Below, in pieces: positions 18,220 to 27,632 of a stretch of 27,679 bases of DNA; positions within the stretch are counted from its first letter, which is position 1; every line of letters starts with the position of its first letter. The notes beneath the pieces are model-generated. The model worked only from the letters and a program-made list of their open reading frames with translations, had not been told where the DNA came from and ran no database searches. Source of the DNA: Sulfurimonadaceae bacterium (GTDB lineage Bacteria; Campylobacterota; Campylobacteria; Campylobacterales; Sulfurimonadaceae); NCBI GenBank assembly GCA_041562555.1, contig JBFEXS010000017.1, positions 1-27,679 on the forward strand. Reading direction: 5' to 3'. The position numbers and the translations under genes are program-made.

Positions 18220-18496
18220 TTATGCGGGGAGGTTTGAAGATGTTCTTGGTGAGAGTAAAAAAGACAAAGTCCTTATCAGGAAATGACAAACTTTTACAAC
18301 AACTTTCTAATCTAGTCGGTTTTTCAACAAAGTCAACTATGTCGCCAATAGATTCACTTTCAGCATTTTCGACTTCACCCACAGACTCAACGGTAATCTC
18401 ATGCTGCACAAGTACTGAGCTATGATACTCAACAATATTTATAGTCATGACGAGAAAGGTCACAAGACTAAAAAAGAGTAAAAGTTTGATTTTCAT
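18215..18496 (-). CDS. small signal-anchored protein ending IFKPPRII; candidate arrest/leader peptide
   Basis: Start reassigned to ATG 18496, because the ORF-track TTG at 18532 is the -35 box. MKIK + hydrophobic helix, acidic linker, CC, C-terminal PP; 93 aa. Confidence 0.65.
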   Translation of the reverse strand: MKIKLLLFFSLVTFLVMTINIVEYHSSVLVQHEITVESVGEVENAESESIGDIVDFVEKPTRLESCCKSLSFPDKDFVFFTLTKNIFKPPRII

Positions 18497-18503
18497 GTTA
18501 GGA

Positions 18504-18532
18504 AGTATAAACATTCTTGTGTCAAAAGTCAA
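18504..18532 (-). promoter_or_regulatory. near-consensus sigma70 promoter implying a leaderless transcript
   Basis: TTGACT (18532-18527), 17 bp, TATACT (18509-18504), 7 nt, ATG; no SD. Confidence 0.7.
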
Positions 18533-18582
18533 GATTCATTAAAGATAGACTTTAGCTCCATGATGAATCCGGACAAAAGATA

Positions 18583-19017
18583 TTAAAATGGTTTAACGAT
18601 GACCATCGCTACGATCAGCAACATCAGTATTGTCGGTATCTCATTATACTTTCTAAAAAAACTTCCTGTTTTTTCACACCTGTCCTCTAGGAACTGTTTT
18701 CTGTAATATCCCATGGAAAAGAAAAAAGCGATCAGAAAGACCATCAAAGTCAATTTGGCATGCAGCCATCCCCCGCTTTGAAACAGGCCGGGATTAAGTG
18801 CGATCATCGCAATACCGGAAATCAACGTCGCCCAAAAAGCAGGAACCCCTATATATTTATACAATTTCATCTCCATGATCTTGACCACTTTTACGAATTC
18901 AGAATTGTCACTATTCTCTGCATGGTAGACAAACAGACGGGGCAGATAAAAGAGTACAGCAAACCAAGAGATCAATGAGACGACGTGAAACCACTTTATC
19001 CAATCATAATATTCCAT
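18583..19017 (-). CDS. hemJ: protoporphyrinogen IX oxidase HemJ
   Basis: KWFHVVSLISWFAVLFYLPRLFVYH, WLHAKL and YNEIPT..IVKPF; AAGGAG SD. Confidence 0.94.
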   Translation of the reverse strand: MEYYDWIKWFHVVSLISWFAVLFYLPRLFVYHAENSDNSEFVKVVKIMEMKLYKYIGVPAFWATLISGIAMIALNPGLFQSGGWLHAKLTLMVFLIAFFFSMGYYRKQFLEDRCEKTGSFFRKYNEIPTILMLLIVAMVIVKPF

Positions 19018-19088
19018 CCGTACTCCTTATGGTAATTTCTCATAAAACTTTTTGCAAGCAAAATCGCTTTCACTAGTTTTCAGCAAGT

Positions 19089-19112
19089 ATTATAATCAAT
19101 TAACCTATAATT
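19089..19112. promoter_or_regulatory. divergent hemJ/trpS -10 boxes
   Basis: Palindromic ATTATAAT at 19089-19096 and a second TATAAT just downstream on +. Confidence 0.45.
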
Positions 19113-19138
19113 CCACTAATTATATATGAGGATAAAAC

Positions 19139-20104
19139 GTGAAAGTATTAGCAGGGATTCAGCCCTCCGGTGATTTACATATAGGAAACTACTTCGGTTC
19201 TATCAAAAAGATGATTGACCGTCAAGACAGAGATAATGTTTATGCCTTTATCGCAAACTACCATGCTATGACATCAGTCAAAGACGGAGAGCTTCTCTCC
19301 AAACTCACGATGCAAGCAGCAACGGACTTCTTGGCATTGGGTATTGATCCTGCAAAGACGATGTTTTGGGTACAGTCTGATGTCAAAGAAGTGCTTGAGC
19401 TGTATTGGGTCCTTTCACAGTTTACCTCAATGGGCTTGCTCGAGCGTGCCCACTCCTATAAAGACAAGGTGGCCAAGGGGCTTAGTGCAAATCACTCTCT
19501 CTTCTCCTATCCTGTACTGATGGCGGCAGATATCATTCTCTTTGATACCGAGATCGTTCCCGTGGGTAAAGACCAGATACAGCACGTTGAGATGGCAAGA
19601 GACATCGCCATCAGATTCAATAATGAATATGGGGATATCTTTACCCTTCCAGAGCATCAGGTAGAAGCAGAAGTGGCGACTGTCCCGGGCATTGATGGAG
19701 CAAAGATGTCAAAATCCTACGGTAATACGATCAATATTTTCGGCGAAGAGAAAAAGATCCAGAAAGTCATCAAAAAGATCGTTACCGATACCACACCGCT
19801 GGATGAGCCAAAAGAGTATGAATCATGTAATATCTATGCGCTTGCCAAACTCTTTTTAGATCAAAATGGTCTGGAAGCCTTTGAAGAACGCTATCGAACT
19901 CCGGGAGAAGGATACGGCCACTTTAAGCTTTACCTGCATGATGTCATGTGGGAATACTTCAGACCTTACCGTGAAAAACGTGAACATTTCGCCAACAATC
20001 AGGATGAAGTGCGAGATATCCTCAAAACGGGTGCGGACAAGGCACGTGAGATTGCTGCCGCTAAAATGGAAATCATCCGTTCCAAAACCGGTATTTCTTA
20101 CTAA
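19139..20104 (+). CDS. trpS: tryptophan--tRNA ligase
   Basis: GIQPSGDLHIGNY (HIGH), YPVLMAADI, VPVGKDQ and KMSKS; GTG start with GAGGA SD. Confidence 0.97.
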   Translation: MKVLAGIQPSGDLHIGNYFGSIKKMIDRQDRDNVYAFIANYHAMTSVKDGELLSKLTMQAATDFLALGIDPAKTMFWVQSDVKEVLELYWVLSQFTSMGLLERAHSYKDKVAKGLSANHSLFSYPVLMAADIILFDTEIVPVGKDQIQHVEMARDIAIRFNNEYGDIFTLPEHQVEAEVATVPGIDGAKMSKSYGNTINIFGEEKKIQKVIKKIVTDTTPLDEPKEYESCNIYALAKLFLDQNGLEAFEERYRTPGEGYGHFKLYLHDVMWEYFRPYREKREHFANNQDEVRDILKTGADKAREIAAAKMEIIRSKTGISY

Positions 20105-20114
20105 ATCCTAAAAC

Positions 20115-20131
20115 GACAGGCTTAGCCTGTC
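20115..20131 (+). terminator. hairpin after trpS
   Basis: GACAGGC-tta-GCCTGTC; no clear U tract. Confidence 0.45.
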
Positions 20132-20193
20132 AATCCTGCCCTTCACTTATCTTACTTCAGTACAATTGCAAAAAATTAACAAGGATACAATAT

Positions 20194-20400
20194 ATGTTTC
20201 AAGTAACTGTAGCACAGCAATGTGGATGTTTTAGACGTAGTGGCCAAGAGGCTTCAAAAAACTTTGAGAGTAAAGATGATGCACTTATCCATGCCCAAGA
20301 GATAGCAAATATGATGAATGAAGAATTTTGTCAAAAACACAAGTTCAATGTTGCCGAAGACGGTAATAACTTCCTTATTCTAATGAATGCAGGACGCTAG
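20194..20400 (+). CDS. small Cys/His-containing hypothetical protein
   Basis: Own TACAAT (20161-20166) and AAGGA SD; CGCF and FCQKH motifs; 68 aa. Confidence 0.78.
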   Translation: MFQVTVAQQCGCFRRSGQEASKNFESKDDALIHAQEIANMMNEEFCQKHKFNVAEDGNNFLILMNAGR

Positions 20401-20456
20401 AACCATTTCGTCTATATATAATTTATGCACCTGAATACATGAAGCCTTATCTACAC

Positions 20457-21377
20457 CTAGCGGTGTAGGTCTAACCAGACCATAAGGCCTTTTTGCGCAT
20501 GAAGACGGTTCTCCGCCTCTTCAAAGATCAGACTTCTTGGTCCTTCAAGCAAGGCTTCACTTACCTCTTGTCCACGATAGGCAGGAAGACAGTGTAAAAA
20601 GACCGCATCCTCCCGTCCGAGATCCATCATAGTATCATCTACCATATATCCGGTAAAAGCCTTTTGACGTACCTCCTTCTCATCTTCTTGACCCATCGAA
20701 GCCCAGGTATCTGTTGTGATGACGCTTGCACCCTTAGCAGCTTCCTTTGGATCATTGGTGACAATGATCTTTCCACCGCTCTCTTCACAAAAGCCCAAAG
20801 CATCCTGTAAGATCGTCTCATCGACCTCATATCCCTTTGGTGTAGCAATACGTAATTCAAAACCAAGTTTCGCAGCCAGCATCATCCATGAGTGGGTCAT
20901 ATTATTACCGTCACCTACATACGCCACGATAGGATCCTTGTCCATTCCATGTTCGATCATTGTCATATAGTCTGCCAAGAGCTGTACAGGATGATAGGAG
21001 TCTGTCAGTCCATTGATAACCGGTACCGAAGAGTAGGAAGCAAACTCTTCTAGACGCGCATGCTCAAAGGTACGGATCATGATCATATCGGTCATACTGG
21101 AGATGACACGGGCGGTATCCTTTACAGGCTCTCCCCGGCCTAATTGAATATCTTTGTTTGACAGGAAAAGGCCATGGCCTCCGAGCTGAAAGATCCCTGA
21201 TTCAAAACTTACACGTGTACGTGTCGAACTCTTCTCAAATATCATCGATAGTGTCTGTCCATTAAGATAAGGAGGCTGAGCCTTGGCCTTAAACTCTTTT
21301 TTAATCTTCAGACCTAATTCAACAATCTCTAAGATCTCTTCTTTCGTATAATCTTTTAGTGTTAAAAAATGTCTCAT
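20457..21377 (-). CDS. argF: ornithine carbamoyltransferase
   Basis: [24 protein letters not shown] and AENRLH. Confidence 0.96.
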   Translation of the reverse strand: MRHFLTLKDYTKEEILEIVELGLKIKKEFKAKAQPPYLNGQTLSMIFEKSSTRTRVSFESGIFQLGGHGLFLSNKDIQLGRGEPVKDTARVISSMTDMIMIRTFEHARLEEFASYSSVPVINGLTDSYHPVQLLADYMTMIEHGMDKDPIVAYVGDGNNMTHSWMMLAAKLGFELRIATPKGYEVDETILQDALGFCEESGGKIIVTNDPKEAAKGASVITTDTWASMGQEDEKEVRQKAFTGYMVDDTMMDLGREDAVFLHCLPAYRGQEVSEALLEGPRSLIFEEAENRLHAQKGLMVWLDLHR

Positions 21378-23809
21378 TCTTCACCTTTATTTCGTATTTG
21401 TAAAACTTCATCACAACTCATAACCGGTCCGATATAAAAACCTTGTACATACTCGATACCGATCTCTTTGACGATTTCATACAATTCATCTGAACTAACG
21501 AATTCAGCGATGACTTCAATTCCAAGATTGCTCGCGAAATTATAGATTCCCTCTACGATCTGTCGGTCCTGTTGACTTGTATGCATATGCTCGATCAGTG
21601 AGCCGTCTATCTTGATATAATCCGGCTTGATCTGACTCAAATAGGCAAAGTTCGAATACCCTGTACCAAAATCATCAATAGCAATCTTGAAACCGCTGTG
21701 TTTAATTTCTTGGATGATTGTAATATAGTTTTCTTTAAGTAGCTCTTCAGACTCGACCAACTCTAACACAACGGATTCGGGAGATATCTCATATTTGTTC
21801 GTTTTTGATATAAGATAATCGATCATATCCTCATCCAGGTCATCCCGCGTCATATTAATGGAAAGATCGACCTGGCACTGCTTATAAGACTGAAAACTCT
21901 GGTCGATGATCAGTTTGGTCAGCTCTTTTTCGTGGCCTGAGTTTTGCAAAACGCCCAGGAAATCCGCAGGAGAAACCATCAGTTCTTGAGCTTTGTCATA
22001 CATACGGATCAATACCTCATACTTTACTATATCACCGGTTTCAACCGAAGCAATAGGTTGAAAATGTACCGCGAAGAGCCCCTCTTGAAAGGCAGTGGCA
22101 ATCTTTTTTACCCATTCAAGGTTTGCCTTATGACGCTTCTCAAGCAGTGCCTCTTCATCATAATAGGCAAATCGCTTGTTGGTGCGGATCGCATAGCGCG
22201 AAGCAATCTCTGCACGGCTTAGCAGTGAGGCTTCCGAATGTTCAGTATCCGAAGCAGCAATCCCGAAGGTAAAAGACAGCGGCATATCGATGCCATCATG
22301 CTCGATGATATAGATCTCTTTGAGTTTGGCAATCAACAGATTAATGTATTGAGCATGGGAACAGACAATGACAAACTCATCAGAACCCATTCTGAAGACA
22401 GAAGTGCTCAACAAACTGTCTGAACTGATAGAACCGGCGATCTCTTTCAAGATCTGTGCCGTCTCTTTAAGATAAAAATCCCCCACATCCTGACCAAAGC
22501 TGTCATTGATATGCGAAAAGTTATGAATATCGATATAGATAATCGAAAAACGTTCTCCTATGCTTTGCAGACGTCCCATCTCTTCAAGAAGCTTGATACG
22601 GTTTGGTATATCCGTCAATTGATCGTTCTCATAGGTGTCTCTTATGATCTCTATCTGTTCATTGATCTTTTCATTAAAGGCGAACAAGGTACGGTAGATT
22701 ATTCCAAACTCACTCTTGGACTGCATCAACAAGACCTCGTTTTTACGTACGGGCTTTTGATTTTCATATAAAAAGTCCAACAGGGTCTGAAGGGCCTGTT
22801 TGATGTCAAAAAAGATAAACCATGCGATCAACAAGGCAATGATCAACGGAAATACGAGCATCAATATATTGTCATCAAAGTTTTCAGATGCGACAAGAAT
22901 GGCTTTTTCGATCTTCTCTTTGACCGTAGAACTGTTCAGATTCTCAATTCTTTTCAGATCCTCCATATAGATATCGTAATACCCCAGCCATTCCCGGATA
23001 TCAATACCACTGACCTTATGACCTACCTGCAGTTTCAACTCTTCCAACATCTGGTTAAGGTGAATAAATGAAGAGGTCGAATAAAGTGTGTAATAAGATT
23101 GTACCACTGAAGGCTTGGCAAAGGTCTTGAAGCGGTCCAGATAGGTCTGAGATTTGGCATCTTGAGTGATAATAAGATCGTACCAAAGCTGATCAAAGGC
23201 TTCATCCCTTCCTACTGCCACCTGAATAAGGGATTGCTGCAAGGCCGTGTATTCAATAGCATTGATCAGATTGAAATAGGCATTAAAATCATTAGACTCG
23301 ATCCGGGCTGTCATGAAGGCCATCAAATCAATAAAATGCTTGATAAGAGAATCCGTGTAGTATCGTACGATCTCATCTCCATCGATCTTGTGTTGATCTA
23401 CTTCTGCCCTGACATTATGCAGATTGTCGATCTCTTTGGTCAACAGAATGATTTTATCATTGATCTTTTGACTCGGAATGTTTTCAAGAGATTTCCGACA
23501 TGAGGAGAACATGACCAAAAGCTCATCCGTCGCATTGCGGACCTCCTGCAGTCTTTGCTTGTCATGACCATGCTCAACCGTAGCAATGGAGTAGGCGCGT
23601 TCTTTTTGCAGACTAAACAGAATCGTATTGATCTTCTGTGCCGTTTCAAAAGCAAAAAGGACCTTTTCCGTCTTCTCATTCTCTTTTATCGTATCTTGTA
23701 AATATGAGATATTCCAAAACAAGATCCCCGAGATCAGGAAAACAATGAGAAATGCGACCTTGATCTTGACACTGAAGCGGCTGAGGAAATAGAGAATAAG
23801 CTGAATCAT
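21374..23809 (-). CDS. membrane-bound NIT-HAMP-GGDEF(degenerate)-EAL protein, probable c-di-GMP phosphodiesterase
   Basis: TM, NIT-like periplasmic domain ([12 protein letters not shown]...LKRIE), TM, HAMP-like [13 protein letters not shown]...GSDEF, then EVLIR...ELVE...DDFGTGYS...KID...QGF. Confidence 0.88.
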   Translation of the reverse strand: MIQLILYFLSRFSVKIKVAFLIVFLISGILFWNISYLQDTIKENEKTEKVLFAFETAQKINTILFSLQKERAYSIATVEHGHDKQRLQEVRNATDELLVMFSSCRKSLENIPSQKINDKIILLTKEIDNLHNVRAEVDQHKIDGDEIVRYYTDSLIKHFIDLMAFMTARIESNDFNAYFNLINAIEYTALQQSLIQVAVGRDEAFDQLWYDLIITQDAKSQTYLDRFKTFAKPSVVQSYYTLYSTSSFIHLNQMLEELKLQVGHKVSGIDIREWLGYYDIYMEDLKRIENLNSSTVKEKIEKAILVASENFDDNILMLVFPLIIALLIAWFIFFDIKQALQTLLDFLYENQKPVRKNEVLLMQSKSEFGIIYRTLFAFNEKINEQIEIIRDTYENDQLTDIPNRIKLLEEMGRLQSIGERFSIIYIDIHNFSHINDSFGQDVGDFYLKETAQILKEIAGSISSDSLLSTSVFRMGSDEFVIVCSHAQYINLLIAKLKEIYIIEHDGIDMPLSFTFGIAASDTEHSEASLLSRAEIASRYAIRTNKRFAYYDEEALLEKRHKANLEWVKKIATAFQEGLFAVHFQPIASVETGDIVKYEVLIRMYDKAQELMVSPADFLGVLQNSGHEKELTKLIIDQSFQSYKQCQVDLSINMTRDDLDEDMIDYLISKTNKYEISPESVVLELVESEELLKENYITIIQEIKHSGFKIAIDDFGTGYSNFAYLSQIKPDYIKIDGSLIEHMHTSQQDRQIVEGIYNFASNLGIEVIAEFVSSDELYEIVKEIGIEYVQGFYIGPVMSCDEVLQIRNKGEE

Positions 23810-23816
23810 TGAGAAC

Positions 23817-24788
23817 TTACTTAGCTAAAAGTGCTGCGACTTCTTTGGCATGATAGGAAATGATGATGCTGGCCCCTGCACGCTTGAACCCGATCATGGT
23901 CTCCATCATCACGCGGTCATAGTCGATAAGCCCTTCTTTACCCGCAAATTTCAACATCGCATATTCGCCGCTGACGTTGTAGACTGCAAGCGGACGGCTC
24001 GTATTCTCTTTAATATCACGGATGATGTCCAGATAAGCCAGAGCAGGCTTAACCATTAGGATATCTGCCCCCTGCGCCTCATCCTCTACACTCTCTGCGA
24101 TCGCCTCCATACGGTTAGCCGGGTCCATCTGATACGTCGAACGATTCCCAAAGCTTGGCACTGATTCTGCCACGTCCCTGAAAGGACCGTAATACCCACT
24201 TGAAAACTTCGTCGAGTAAGCCATGATCGGAAGATCCACATATCCTGCATCATCCAAAGCTTCGCGCAATGTCGTGATAATACCATCCATCATACCCGAT
24301 GGTGCGATCATATCTGCACCAGCCTTTGCATGGACAAGTGCCTGCTTGGCAGAAAGCTCCAGAGTAGGATCATTGTCTACCGTCTCACGTTCCATGTCCA
24401 GGATGCCGCAATGCCCATGATCCGTATATTCACAAAAACATAGATCTGTTACAACAAACATGTCCGGATGGGCCGCTTTGATCTCTCTTACTGCCTTGGC
24501 GATGATACCATGCTCACATAATGCATCTGAACCAACCGAGTCCTTTACCTCCGGTATACCAAACAGGATGATCGAGTACAATCCCAGTGACTTTAGGACT
24601 TCACACTCTTTTACAGCTTCATCTATACTCATCTGATACACACCCGGCATAGAAGCCACTTCCGTCTTTATCCCGCTTCCCGGACGTACAAAGAGAGGAT
24701 AAATAAAATCATCTGTCGACAGAGTGGTCTCTCTTACGAGATTTTGTAATTTTGGATTAATACGCAGACGACGAAAACGATGGAACAT
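23817..24788 (-). CDS. hemB: porphobilinogen synthase (ALA dehydratase)
   Basis: [14 protein letters not shown] (Zn site), [19 protein letters not shown] and YNVSGEY. Confidence 0.97.
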   Translation of the reverse strand: MFHRFRRLRINPKLQNLVRETTLSTDDFIYPLFVRPGSGIKTEVASMPGVYQMSIDEAVKECEVLKSLGLYSIILFGIPEVKDSVGSDALCEHGIIAKAVREIKAAHPDMFVVTDLCFCEYTDHGHCGILDMERETVDNDPTLELSAKQALVHAKAGADMIAPSGMMDGIITTLREALDDAGYVDLPIMAYSTKFSSGYYGPFRDVAESVPSFGNRSTYQMDPANRMEAIAESVEDEAQGADILMVKPALAYLDIIRDIKENTSRPLAVYNVSGEYAMLKFAGKEGLIDYDRVMMETMIGFKRAGASIIISYHAKEVAALLAK

Positions 24789-24829
24789 GATAAGCCTTGA
24801 TAATATCTCATATTAGTGAGATTAAAAGA

Positions 24830-24838
24830 TGATATAAT
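24830..24838 (+). promoter_or_regulatory. extended -10 promoter of ribA
   Basis: TGaTATAAT upstream of ATG 24894. Confidence 0.55.
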
Positions 24839-24893
24839 TTCATTAAAATTTATACATCATTCTAACAAATCAATATACAAAAAGCAGTTAAAC

Positions 24894-25457
24894 ATGAACC
24901 TAGAGATATCGGAAGTTGCCAATCTACCCACTAAACACGGGATATTCAAGATTCAGACCTTCAAAGAACATCATAAAGAGCATTTAGTCATCTTTACCGA
25001 TGAACTCAATGATACTCCTATCGTCCGTGTACACTCCGAATGTCTTACGGGAGATGCCCTTGGTTCACTCAAATGTGACTGCGGTGATCAACTCGATTTT
25101 GCTCTCAAAACGATCGCGGAGCAAGGAGGAATGGTCCTTTACCTTCGTCAAGAAGGACGTAATATCGGTTTGTTGAACAAGGTGAATGCCTATGCCCTTC
25201 AGGACAAGGGATTTGATACGGTCGCGGCAAACCATCAGCTCGGTTTTCCTGCAGATGCACGCTCCTATGAGATCGTCCATGACATCTTGAAGTTTTACCA
25301 TATCAACAAGATCAAGCTGCTTACCAATAACCCTGAAAAGATCAAATCTCTTCAAGCCATAGAGATCGTAGAACGACTTCCGATTATCGTCGAAACTAAT
25401 GAGTTTAATGAAGGCTACCTGGAAGTCAAAAAAGATCAGATGGGACATTTACTTTAG
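24894..25457 (+). CDS. ribA: GTP cyclohydrolase II
   Basis: [32 protein letters not shown] and LLTNNPEK. Start reassigned to ATG 24894 ([13 protein letters not shown]). Confidence 0.96.
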   Translation: MNLEISEVANLPTKHGIFKIQTFKEHHKEHLVIFTDELNDTPIVRVHSECLTGDALGSLKCDCGDQLDFALKTIAEQGGMVLYLRQEGRNIGLLNKVNAYALQDKGFDTVAANHQLGFPADARSYEIVHDILKFYHINKIKLLTNNPEKIKSLQAIEIVERLPIIVETNEFNEGYLEVKKDQMGHLL

Positions 25458-25492
25458 GGGATCTCCCATTCCAAATCTGTAGTTATATTCTC

Positions 25493-26230
25493 TTATGTAA
25501 TCTTTTGCCGCCACTTGCCGAGTCTAAAAGCCTCGAGGATCTTTTGGACCTGTTTATCCTTTAGATCATGAAAACTATTACTATTCTGAAAAAAATCATT
25601 CATCCCCTCAATACTCTGAAGATCCTCTTTTCGTATATCGACATATCCCATAGACCAATCGGAAAAACTTTTTTCACGTGTTTTGAATTCTGTAATTTTT
25701 GCAATATTTCGGTGTCGTTTGTCTGCACATATCTTTTTATACAGTGCTCGTACAGGGCGAGGTTTCCCTTCCAATAATTGAAAAAACGATCCTTCATCAT
25801 ACAGCAATATACCCGTTATATCCAATTTTTCATTACGGATGCGCGATTTTTCTAAAAGCTTGTTCAATGCTTCCTTATCCGTTACGGATGTCTCTTCACT
25901 CACGTAGACAATCGTCAGGAGCTCATCTTCCTCTTGTAGCATCTGTTGGGCTTGATAAGGTTCAAGGGGCACTAAATTGTACGTTACAATCCCTTTCTTG
26001 ACAAGGGGCATGGATTTCAAAACTTTTTTCACCGACTCAAGTGAATCAACTTCCAGCATCAATACCGTTCCAGCCCGATCCCCCCGTGACCAATATGCCT
26101 GAATAATACCCCGCTTATGGCATTCAAGTATATACCTGTCATTTTTTCGAAGGTAGGCCTTTGCATTCTTTGCATACCTGTCATCTGTAAAACGTTCAAT
26201 CGCTAATATCTGCATGTCTAATCCACTCAC
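25493..26230 (-). CDS. muconolactone-isomerase-like domain fused to a BLUF (flavin blue-light sensor) domain
   Basis: BLUF motifs IVYVS, SRIRN, ITGILL, FFQLLEG, DKRH and FSDWSM. N-terminal GII..W.R.DR..TVLMLE...MPLVK.G...VPL.PY. Start is GTG 26230 or ATG 26215. Confidence 0.85.
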   Translation of the reverse strand: MSGLDMQILAIERFTDDRYAKNAKAYLRKNDRYILECHKRGIIQAYWSRGDRAGTVLMLEVDSLESVKKVLKSMPLVKKGIVTYNLVPLEPYQAQQMLQEEDELLTIVYVSEETSVTDKEALNKLLEKSRIRNEKLDITGILLYDEGSFFQLLEGKPRPVRALYKKICADKRHRNIAKITEFKTREKSFSDWSMGYVDIRKEDLQSIEGMNDFFQNSNSFHDLKDKQVQKILEAFRLGKWRQKIT

Positions 26231-26349
26231 AATAGTATACCAACACTAAAAGCAGTATATCATATTCATTTAGACTGATATGAAAAATATTATAGAAAAA
26301 GGCAGGAAGTAATCGAAGAGTGCCGTGTGTAGTGGTGTGAATAAGTCCA

Positions 26350-26399
26350 TCCGTCTCCCAAAGAAGACGGAAAACTTAAAAGCTTAAGAAGTCAAGCTT
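26350..26399 (-). terminator. tandem hairpins downstream of the porin gene
   Basis: Minus strand AAGCTTGA-cttc-TTAAGCTT followed by TTAAGTTTT, then a TCCGTCT/AGACGGA stem (26371-26350). Confidence 0.55.
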
Positions 26400-26402
26400 A
26401 AC

Positions 26403-27632
26403 TTAGAAGTTATACGTTAGGTAAACTTGGATCATGTTCTCTGCATCAGCAGTACCCGCAGCACCTGTTACTACTTCGTCTGTGTTGATAAATGCGATTG
26501 AAGTATCAACCGGACCATATGATTTAGATGCAGTAATTTCAAGCTGGTTAAGATCAGCAGCTGGTGTCGCACCGTCTATCATACCGTAACCAACATACAG
26601 ATCTACACCAGCAACCGTAGTCTCAGCAGAAACAAGGATAGTATCCGTCTCACCTGCAGCTACTCTACCATAGTTCCACGATAGTTCAGTATACAGTTTA
26701 GATTGTGCACCCGCCATGTTTTGACCTGCACCGATATCAGATGTTGTTGAGTATGCAACTTTGAACGTCGCTACGTCTTTCATCTCATACCCGATCATTG
26801 CAGCTACTGCATCACCGTCTAGACCTGCAGCAGCAGAAGGTGCTGAGTCAGAAATGTCAAGAGTTGCATATTGAACACCTGCTAAAAGGCCATTCATATT
26901 TAGATCAGCTTGTGCCCAGATAGCATTTGCCAAAGTTGGAGCTTCGTAATACCAGGCTTGAACAGTCAAACCTTCCATTGAGTTATTGATTGCACCGAAT
27001 GCATACGCACCCTTCTGACCAAATGTTGCGAAACGACTGTCATTATTGAAGACACCAGGAGCAGCTACAACGCCACCGATACCAGCACCAGTACCAAGAC
27101 CTGCAGCACCACCAGATGAGTTAGAGTTACCAATCCAAGCACCTACTAGTGTAGTGTTTGCGATATCTTCGTTGATTAATACAGCTGACTCAAATGTATT
27201 TTCAACGATTGACCATGTCTCAGTAAATGCAAGAGGTGTATCTAAAGTCTGACGACCAAGCTTAGCAGTCGTGTTTCCAAGCTTTGTAGCCATCCATGCT
27301 TCTGAGAACCAGTGATCACTTGTAGTACCTGCACCAGCTGCAGCTTCCCAAACTTGACCTACTAGGTTGTTTTCTAATCCTAAAGTAGAAAGAGCAGTAA
27401 GTTTTACACCTGCAGATACACCTTCTGTAAGGTCAGCAGTCATACCGATATTTAAAGCAGCATTTGCAGCACTTGATTGCTTATCAAATAGTCCACCTTC
27501 ACCAGCAGCAGTTTCACCATCATCAGTATGGTAGAAAAGTTTTGCATCACCATCAATCTTTACATTATCAATCGCATATGCATTTACACCTAATAATAGT
27601 GCCGCTGCTAAACTCATTTTCGCTAATTTCAT
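26403..27632 (-). CDS. major outer-membrane porin (Campylobacterota MOMP/OprD-like beta-barrel)
   Basis: MKLAKMSLAAALLLG signal; KLGRQTLDTPLAFTE; alternating beta strands; C-terminal YLTYNF (Bam signal); AAGGAG SD. Confidence 0.9.
   Translation of the reverse strand: MKLAKMSLAAALLLGVNAYAIDNVKIDGDAKLFYHTDDGETAAGEGGLFDKQSSAANAALNIGMTADLTEGVSAGVKLTALSTLGLENNLVGQVWEAAAGAGTTSDHWFSEAWMATKLGNTTAKLGRQTLDTPLAFTETWSIVENTFESAVLINEDIANTTLVGAWIGNSNSSGGAAGLGTGAGIGGVVAAPGVFNNDSRFATFGQKGAYAFGAINNSMEGLTVQAWYYEAPTLANAIWAQADLNMNGLLAGVQYATLDISDSAPSAAAGLDGDAVAAMIGYEMKDVATFKVAYSTTSDIGAGQNMAGAQSKLYTELSWNYGRVAAGETDTILVSAETTVAGVDLYVGYGMIDGATPAADLNQLEITASKSYGPVDTSIAFINTDEVVTGAAGTADAENMIQVYLTYNF

Noticed and set aside
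19018..19138. T-box or Trp attenuator before trpS
   Set aside because: No T-box motif and no Trp-codon leader ORF; the gap is filled by divergent promoters.
27060..27125. Repetitive GCACCA-like tract in the porin gene
   Set aside because: Explained by a Gly/Ala-rich loop (GGAAGLGTGAGIGG) with biased codons; not an independent repeat element.
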